Made by a program: the position numbers and the translations under genes
Assembly (NCBI GenBank): GCA_965237805.1
Contig: OZ250153.1
Location: forward strand, 160,001-224,000
DNA from: Gammaproteobacteria bacterium
Lineage (GTDB): Bacteria > Pseudomonadota > Gammaproteobacteria > JABABF01
Direction of reading: 5' to 3'
DNA length: 64,000 bases
Notes under the pieces: model-generated
Told to the model about the DNA's origin: nothing
Databases searched by the model: none
What the model saw: only the letters and a program-made list of their open reading frames with translations
Shown: piece by piece, positions 58,279-64,000 of the stretch
Numbering within the stretch: position 1 is the stretch's first letter
Layout: each line of letters begins with the position of its first letter

Positions 58279-58982
58279 TGCGCCGTTGCGACGAGGCGGG
58301 TTTTACACTGATCGAGCTATTGCTCGCGATCTCGATTAGCGCGCTGCTCGGCGGCATGGCCTACAGTGGGCTCGATGTGGTGATCACCGCCCGCGATCGT
58401 AGCCAAGAGTCCGACCGACGCGCCAACGAAGTCTATTTGGGGATGATGACCATTGCGCGTGATGTACGACACGCTTTCCCGCGTGAAATCCTTGATGAAA
58501 ACGGTGATTTGCGTCAGGCATTTGAATCCGAAGGCGACAGTTACCATCTGTTCTCCATCACCCGTAGCGGTTACCACAACCCCGGCAATGTGCAAGCGCG
58601 CAGCACTTTGCAGCGGGTGCGCTATCGCTTCGACGGTGAGCGCCTGTTGCGCGATGCATGGTATGGCTTGGATCGCATCGCCGACGAGTTTCACACGACG
58701 ATAGTGCTCAGTGAAGTCGAGTCGCTGAGTCTGCGATTTCTGCGACAGACAGCGGGCGGTGATGAGGAGTACACCGAGACCGAGTGGATCGACAACTGGG
58801 TCGATGTCTCGACGGAGGATTGGCAGATACTGCCCATCGCCATCGAGTGGAAACTACAGCTGCGCGACTGGGGGACGGTGCGCCGTATCTTCGAGACCAG
58901 TCCCTATGTGATACCACCGGCTGTCTACCGCATCATGGATAGGCGTCGGCAGAGTCGTCTGAGGCCGCAGCGTCCGGCATGA
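58278..58982 (+). CDS. gspJ: Minor pseudopilin GspJ
   Basis: G|FTLIELL, R.G..NP....RS.LQRV.Y, LP.AIE. Confidence 0.92.
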   Translation: MRRCDEAGFTLIELLLAISISALLGGMAYSGLDVVITARDRSQESDRRANEVYLGMMTIARDVRHAFPREILDENGDLRQAFESEGDSYHLFSITRSGYHNPGNVQARSTLQRVRYRFDGERLLRDAWYGLDRIADEFHTTIVLSEVESLSLRFLRQTAGGDEEYTETEWIDNWVDVSTEDWQILPIAIEWKLQLRDWGTVRRIFETSPYVIPPAVYRIMDRRRQSRLRPQRPA

Positions 58983-60010
58983 ACAGGCTAGTAGTGCAGA
59001 CCGCAAGCGGTGGCTGCGGCCAGCACCGTGGAGTGGCATTGGTGCTGGCTCTATTGGTTGTGGCTCTGGCCTCCGCTCTGGCCGTCAGTATGGGCAACGA
59101 CTATTTGGTGCGCATGCGCCGCTTTGCAAACCAGCTCAATGTCGAGCAGGCGCATTTCTATCTGCTGAGCGCCGAGCAGATAGCCAAGCATGTGCTCTTG
59201 GAAAATGCCATCGATTATCACCAAGGGAACAAGAGCGCTCATTTGGTGGAGCCTTGGAATTACAAGCGCAGCATTGCGGTAGAAGGGGGGCAGCTGCGCT
59301 TCCACTTCGAGAGCTACAGTGCCCAGCTGGGGATCAACCTGATCGCCAATGGTGCCGGGAATGCCGGACGCCAGCCAGTCCCCTACAATGTGTATCAGCG
59401 TCGCTTTATTCGTCTGTTGCGCTCTTTTGACGAGCTGCCACTATCCGAGCAAGAGGCACTGGAAATCACCCAAGCAGTATTCGATTGGATCGATGCCGAT
59501 ACGTTGCCAGAGGGGCACGGTGGCATGGAAAGCGGCAGCTACCAAAGCTTGGGTCTGAACTACCGCCCGCGCAATAAGTACATGGGGGATGTCTCGGAGT
59601 TGCAGCTGATCCCGCGCATCAGTCCGCGTCTCTACCGCCTGTTGGCAGCCCATGTCTCGGCCAACGTCCCGAACCCGGGCATCGGCATCAATGTCAATAT
59701 GGCGAGTCGCAATGTACTGCGCAGCCTGCCCGAAACCAATGGGCTGAGCCCGCTCAGCGAGGAGGAACTGGATAGCATCATGCAGCACCAAAGTCGCATT
59801 TTCACCACGGTTCCCAGCTTCCAAAATTTGCCGGGCTGGGCGGGGCAGATCAACACCCACGGCATCTCCGTGATCAACTCAGACTTCCTAGTCCGCGCCG
59901 AAGTACGGCTCAATGGCCACAGCTTCAGGTTGGCGAGTCATATGTATGTAGAAAGGCCGAAAATGGGTGGCCGCGTCATCATCATCAGCCGCGCTTATTC
60001 TTGGCTGTGA
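58979..60010 (+). CDS. gspK: Minor pseudopilin GspK
   Basis: RG|VALVLALLVV, DWIDAD, SEL.LI, INVN.A. Confidence 0.92.
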   Translation: MNRLVVQTASGGCGQHRGVALVLALLVVALASALAVSMGNDYLVRMRRFANQLNVEQAHFYLLSAEQIAKHVLLENAIDYHQGNKSAHLVEPWNYKRSIAVEGGQLRFHFESYSAQLGINLIANGAGNAGRQPVPYNVYQRRFIRLLRSFDELPLSEQEALEITQAVFDWIDADTLPEGHGGMESGSYQSLGLNYRPRNKYMGDVSELQLIPRISPRLYRLLAAHVSANVPNPGIGINVNMASRNVLRSLPETNGLSPLSEEELDSIMQHQSRIFTTVPSFQNLPGWAGQINTHGISVINSDFLVRAEVRLNGHSFRLASHMYVERPKMGGRVIIISRAYSWL

Positions 60011-61230
60011 GTCAGCTCCCACTGCTGTTGTGTCCGCAGACCGAAGCCGGTCGCTATCGCTGGCGGCTGGGCGAGCGCGGTGGCAACGACAGGCTGAGCG
60101 ATATCGCCGCCCATCGCGACGGCGAACCGGTGGTCTTAGTGCTGCCAGCTGAGGAGGTATTGCTACGCCGCCTGCCGCTGGCACCCGGTGAGCGACGCCA
60201 CGCCGCGCAGAGTGTCCCATTCATGCTGGAAGAGGAACTGAGCGAGGATATCAGCAAGTTGCAGGTGGCGTTGGCACCGCCTGTGGATGATGCGGTGGTG
60301 GTGGCCATCGTCCAGCGCTCGGAATTGGCAGCGCGACTGTCGCTGCTACGAGCTGCCCAACTCTCCCCTATCCTTTGTGTGCCAGAGCAGCAATTGTTGT
60401 TACGAGCGCAGCAGGGCTGGGGTGCGCTCGCCATCGCCGAACGCATCGTTGTACACAGCGCCAGCGGCCAAAGCGTTATCTGCGATGCCCAAAATGCCGA
60501 TGAATTGCTGGCATTGCTAGCGGCCGACTCCCCTCCGCAAAGCATTCGCCTGCGCGTTGATGCAGGACAGAGCAAGGCGGTCATCGCCAGCTTTCCCAAG
60601 TCGCTACGCAAGCACATCGAGTGCCTTCCCAGTGACGCTGAGGATCGCCTTGACGATGCGCTGGTTGCGCTGGCGGCTGGCGATGTCGTCAATCTGCTGC
60701 AGGGCGATTTCAAGCTGCGTTTGTCATGGGGCGAGCTGTGGGGTAGATGGCGTACCGTCGCCCTGCTGATCGTCGCCAATCTATTGCTTTATAGCGCGGT
60801 CTCGTACAGCGATCTGCAACGCTTGCAACAGCGATCCGAACAGCTGGCGCTTGCCATCGCAGGAGTGTACGGCGAGTTCTTCGCTGAGGCCGAGCGGCGG
60901 GTGCCGCAAGCGCGCGCAGATTTCGAGCGCCTGTTGCTCGATGTCACCGAACAGCCGGCACAGCGCAGCTATTTGCTGCCCCTACTCGATCGTGTCGCTG
61001 TGGTGCTGCGCCAGACCTCCGGTGCCAAGCTGCACGCACTACAGTACCGAATCAAAGACCCCAAGCAGCTGCAAGTAGAGGTCGAAACGAGCAGCTTCGC
61101 CAGTGCTGAAAAGATCCGCCAACTATTTGATATGGGGGGATTGGATGCCCAGATGTTGGGTAGCAACGCGGTGCGAAATAACAGAGTGCGGGTACGCTTC
61201 CAGTGCAGCCTCAGGGAGCAGGCGCAATGA
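60007..61230 (+). CDS. gspL: Type II secretion protein GspL
   Basis: VLVLPAE, PFMLEEELSEDI, NLLQGDF followed by a TM helix; operon position. Confidence 0.88.
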   Translation: MSQLPLLLCPQTEAGRYRWRLGERGGNDRLSDIAAHRDGEPVVLVLPAEEVLLRRLPLAPGERRHAAQSVPFMLEEELSEDISKLQVALAPPVDDAVVVAIVQRSELAARLSLLRAAQLSPILCVPEQQLLLRAQQGWGALAIAERIVVHSASGQSVICDAQNADELLALLAADSPPQSIRLRVDAGQSKAVIASFPKSLRKHIECLPSDAEDRLDDALVALAAGDVVNLLQGDFKLRLSWGELWGRWRTVALLIVANLLLYSAVSYSDLQRLQQRSEQLALAIAGVYGEFFAEAERRVPQARADFERLLLDVTEQPAQRSYLLPLLDRVAVVLRQTSGAKLHALQYRIKDPKQLQVEVETSSFASAEKIRQLFDMGGLDAQMLGSNAVRNNRVRVRFQCSLREQAQ

Positions 61231-61712
61231 ATGCCTTGCAGGATTGGTTGCGAGGCCTCCAGCGGCGCGAGCAGTGGCTATTACTTGCGTTGGTGCCGTT
61301 GCTGAGTGGCTATTTGCTGCTGCATTTCGCATGGGAGCCGATGGCCGCGCAGCGGGCTTTGTTGGAGTCTCAGAATCGAACGGCGCAGCAAACGCTGGTG
61401 TGGATGCGGTCCAGTGCGGCCAAAGTGCGCCTGCAACAGAGCCAGCGGCAGCAGCAGGCGAGCCAGCGCACGGTCTCGGTGGATCTCAGCAGTGCCGTGC
61501 AACAAAGCGCTGCGGCGGAGAGACTCAGCATCAAGCGATTGCAACCGCGTCCGGACGGCCGCATCCAAGTGCGGATGGAAAAGAGCGATGCCAATCGCGT
61601 GCTCAGCTGGCTACACGGGTTGGAGCAAAGAGACAATTTTGTCATTCAATCCTTGGATATCAACAATACACGTCGACCGGGCGAGATCAATCTGAGCGTG
61701 GAGTTGCGCTGA
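61227..61712 (+). CDS. gspM: Type II secretion protein GspM
   Basis: W...L..REQ.LL plus TM helix, W.P, WL..LE; operon position. Confidence 0.88.
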   Translation: MNALQDWLRGLQRREQWLLLALVPLLSGYLLLHFAWEPMAAQRALLESQNRTAQQTLVWMRSSAAKVRLQQSQRQQQASQRTVSVDLSSAVQQSAAAERLSIKRLQPRPDGRIQVRMEKSDANRVLSWLHGLEQRDNFVIQSLDINNTRRPGEINLSVELR

Positions 61713-62491
61713 TGAGGCTGGGGCCATTGCGCATCGAGTTGCCGTGGCAGCAGTTGGGGATCGTGGCGATCGCCGCATGCGCCCTATTCTCGATCATGCA
61801 GCTGCCGACGGCGAATTTGCTGGGTGGTCTCGCTGCACGGTTGCCATGGCTGCAGCTCGCGGGTCTCTCCGGGGGACCGTGGTCGGGCGATGCCGAAGCG
61901 TTGCGCGTGCGGGTGGCTGGCAAGTGGCTATCATTGGGGCGTCTACATTGGCAGTTGCAGCCCCCCTCGCTGTTACCACCCCGCATCGCTTTGCAGCTGC
62001 AGAGCTCTGCCGAGGGACGGAGCTTTAGTACGCAGCTCAGCGCTGGCGGTGGCCAAATCTCCTTGCATCGCACCCGTGCCATGGCGCCGGCAGCAATCGC
62101 ACACCACTGGCTGCCGCCCGAGACGGCACTGGCTGGCAGCTTGTTTTTGCGTGCCGAGCACTTGACTGTGGGCAGGCCACCAGCACTGCGGGAGCTGCAG
62201 CTGGTCTGGCGCGATGCCCGGCTCAGCTACCGGGGGACCTTACTGGCGCTGGGCGAGTTGCAAATCTTTGCCGATGCGATGGCGGAGGATGGTGCCGTGA
62301 CCGGTCGCTTTGAAAATAGCGGTGGCGATGTGTCGCTGGTGGGCAGCTGGCAGTGGCAGGCGGGTCAATGGCAGCTCGAGGGAACGTTGACAGCGACGGC
62401 GGAGCTGAGCGAGGCAGCTCAGCAGCTGTTGCGCGATGGTGTGGGGCCAGCCCACGCCGATGGCAGCCACCATTTCCAATTCAGCCTGTAG
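61712..62491 (+). CDS. gspN: Type II secretion protein GspN
   Basis: LP, G.SG..W.G.A, LG.L.W; last gene of the gsp operon. Confidence 0.82.
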   Translation: MRLGPLRIELPWQQLGIVAIAACALFSIMQLPTANLLGGLAARLPWLQLAGLSGGPWSGDAEALRVRVAGKWLSLGRLHWQLQPPSLLPPRIALQLQSSAEGRSFSTQLSAGGGQISLHRTRAMAPAAIAHHWLPPETALAGSLFLRAEHLTVGRPPALRELQLVWRDARLSYRGTLLALGELQIFADAMAEDGAVTGRFENSGGDVSLVGSWQWQAGQWQLEGTLTATAELSEAAQQLLRDGVGPAHADGSHHFQFSL

Positions 62492-62545
62492 CACTGGCCA
62501 ATCGGAGCGCCCGCCAGTAGGCAATCCCAGCTAGCCCGCAGGCTG

Positions 62546-63655
62546 TCAGGATTTGATGGCAGCCGCCGGCAGGCGTGGCGTGGTCGAGCGGACTTCGGCA
62601 TTCTGCGCCCGGTGGCGCAGCCAGTGATCCATCAGTAGATGGGCTAGCATGGCCTCTACCACCGGTGCGGCACGCAAACCGACACAGGGGTCGTGACGGC
62701 CGGTGGTCACCACTTCCGTCGCTGCGCCGTCCACATCGATGCTGCGCCCCGGCAGACGGATGCTGGAAGTGGGCTTGAAGGCGATGCGAGCGATGATATC
62801 TTGGCCGGTGGAGATGCCCCCGATGATGCCACCAGCATGGTTGGACAAAAAGCCCGCCGGGCTCATCTCATCGCGGTGCTCGGTGCCGCGTTGTGCGACC
62901 GCCTCGAAACCGTCGCCGATGGCCACCGCTTTGACCGCATTGATGCTCATCATGGCGGCTGCTAACTCGGCATCCAAGCGCCCGTGGAGCGGTGCGCCCA
63001 GACCCGGCGGCACGGCCTTGGCGACCACGCTCAGTTCGGCACCCACCGAGTCGCCCTCTTTGATCAGCTGTTGCATATACGCTTCCAGCTCAGGGAGGCG
63101 CTCGGGGTCGGCGCAAAAGAAAGGATTGTGATCCACCGCCTGAGGCTGTGGACAGCCGAGTCGGATCGACCCCAGCTGCGAGAGCCAGGCCAGAACACTG
63201 ATGCCACCACAGCGCTCGTGCAGATATTTGCGGGCGATGGCACCGGCGGCCACTCGCATCGCCGTCTCGCGTGCCGAGGCACGCCCGCTGCCGCGATGGT
63301 CGCGGTGTCCGTATTTTTGTAGATAGACATAGTCGGCATGGCCGGGGCGCAGCTGGCGGCGCAGTGTTTCGTAGTCGCGCGGGCGCTGATCATCGTTGTC
63401 GATCAGGATGGCGATGGGGGCACCGGTGGTAGCTCCCTCGAAGACCCCCGATAGGATGCGCGGCCGATCACTTTCGCGGCGTTGGCTGGTGTAGCGTGAG
63501 CGACCCGGCCGTCGCCGTGCCAAATCACGCTCCAAATCAGCCTCGTTCAGCTCCAAGCCGGGTGGGCAACCGTCGACAACACAGCCGATGGCACTACCAT
63601 GGCTTTCGCCAAAAGTGGTGCAGGCAAAGAGCTTGCCGAAAGTGTTCTCGCTCAT
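62546..63655 (-). CDS. aroC: Chorismate synthase
   Basis: [40 protein letters not shown]; TATAAT on the minus strand at 63710-63715. Confidence 0.97.
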   Translation of the reverse strand: MSENTFGKLFACTTFGESHGSAIGCVVDGCPPGLELNEADLERDLARRRPGRSRYTSQRRESDRPRILSGVFEGATTGAPIAILIDNDDQRPRDYETLRRQLRPGHADYVYLQKYGHRDHRGSGRASARETAMRVAAGAIARKYLHERCGGISVLAWLSQLGSIRLGCPQPQAVDHNPFFCADPERLPELEAYMQQLIKEGDSVGAELSVVAKAVPPGLGAPLHGRLDAELAAAMMSINAVKAVAIGDGFEAVAQRGTEHRDEMSPAGFLSNHAGGIIGGISTGQDIIARIAFKPTSSIRLPGRSIDVDGAATEVVTTGRHDPCVGLRAAPVVEAMLAHLLMDHWLRHRAQNAEVRSTTPRLPAAAIKS

Positions 63656-63781
63656 CCTTAGCGTCCACGGTCAGGCAACGCTTGGTGCCACTGTCAACAG
63701 ACCAGCGGCATTATACGCCGATATGGGCACCGTTCGGCTTAGAATGATCCCAGACCCCAGCTTGAGCGAATGGATATGGTG

Positions 63782-64000
63782 ATGCAGAGCGAGGCCGAGC
63801 AGGCCTATCTAGGCCTGTTGAAAGTCTTGCCCAAGGCCGAGGAGCAGCGTCTGATCAAGGCTGGCACTGCTCGCAAAGCAAGCGAAGCTTTTGCTTATAT
63901 CACAAGTGGTTATAGCGATACCCTAGAAGAGATCGGACAAGATGGACTCTTTGCGAGCAACAGTGACGACACCGTGGCCTTGCGTCAGCTAGCCTTGCAT
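63782..64000 (+). CDS. folE: GTP cyclohydrolase I-like protein, N-terminal part (runs off the window)
   Basis: Manual translation MQSEAEQAYLGLLKVLPKAEEQRLIKAGTARKASEAFAYITSGYSDTLEEIGQDGLFASNSDDTVALRQLALH resembles FolE (T.GY...L.EI...ALF....DEMV); TAGAAT at 63740-63745. Confidence 0.65.
   Translation, partial: MQSEAEQAYLGLLKVLPKAEEQRLIKAGTARKASEAFAYITSGYSDTLEEIGQDGLFASNSDDTVALRQLALH

Noticed and set aside
50869-62491. T2SS cluster as a novel system; missing gspO
   Set aside because: Canonical gspC-N order; the prepilin peptidase is commonly encoded elsewhere (pilD).
61103-62491. Apparent long N-terminal extensions in the ORF track (gspN, DAHP synthase, LLM 8062-9369, carboxyltransferase, gspD)
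   Set aside because: They overlap upstream genes or promoters; downstream starts with RBS or stop-start coupling fit better.
1-64000. CRISPR arrays, IS elements, integrases, prophage or defence systems
   Set aside because: No regularly spaced repeats and no transposase, integrase, phage or defence motifs recognised by eye.

Overview
A GC-rich, gene-dense bacterial chromosome segment. Housekeeping gene order (tig-clpP-clpX-lon-hupB-ppiD; nfuA/metH/cysI/DUF934; etfBA/ETF-QO; aroC/folE) indicates a Gammaproteobacterium, probably Pseudomonadales/Cellvibrionales-like (inference). Bases 1-21.5 kb are an accessory lipid/steroid-type catabolic region. It holds a 3-ketosteroid dehydrogenase-like flavoprotein, two SnoaL/NTF2 proteins, an SDR, a crotonase, four luciferase-like (LLM) oxidoreductases (three from F420-associated families), an amidohydrolase, a PPOX protein, an acyl-CoA ligase and a carboxyltransferase. 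It is interrupted by a GT10 fucosyltransferase-like gene, a crotonase pseudogene, and a moaCDE-flavin reductase-NUDIX-rmuC operon followed by bcp. The rest is mostly core genes (addAB-like repair genes, DAHP synthase, metH, cysI, ETF, serA, protease/chaperone cluster, gspC-N type II secretion cluster, aroC, partial folE) plus one orphan glycosyltransferase-like gene. I saw no rRNA, tRNA, CRISPR array or transposase. The most unusual items are: (1) a near-identical upstream copy of an LLM gene's 5' end that has lost the native RBS/start but forms its own 48-codon ORF inside an imperfect inverted repeat; (2) two stand-alone glycosyltransferase-like genes with similar Arg/Trp-rich tails, one with a substituted GT10 motif; (3) a possibly structured, pseudoknot-capable intergenic RNA at about 20.37-20.51 kb. 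All calls were made by eye from motifs; no searches or folding programs were run.
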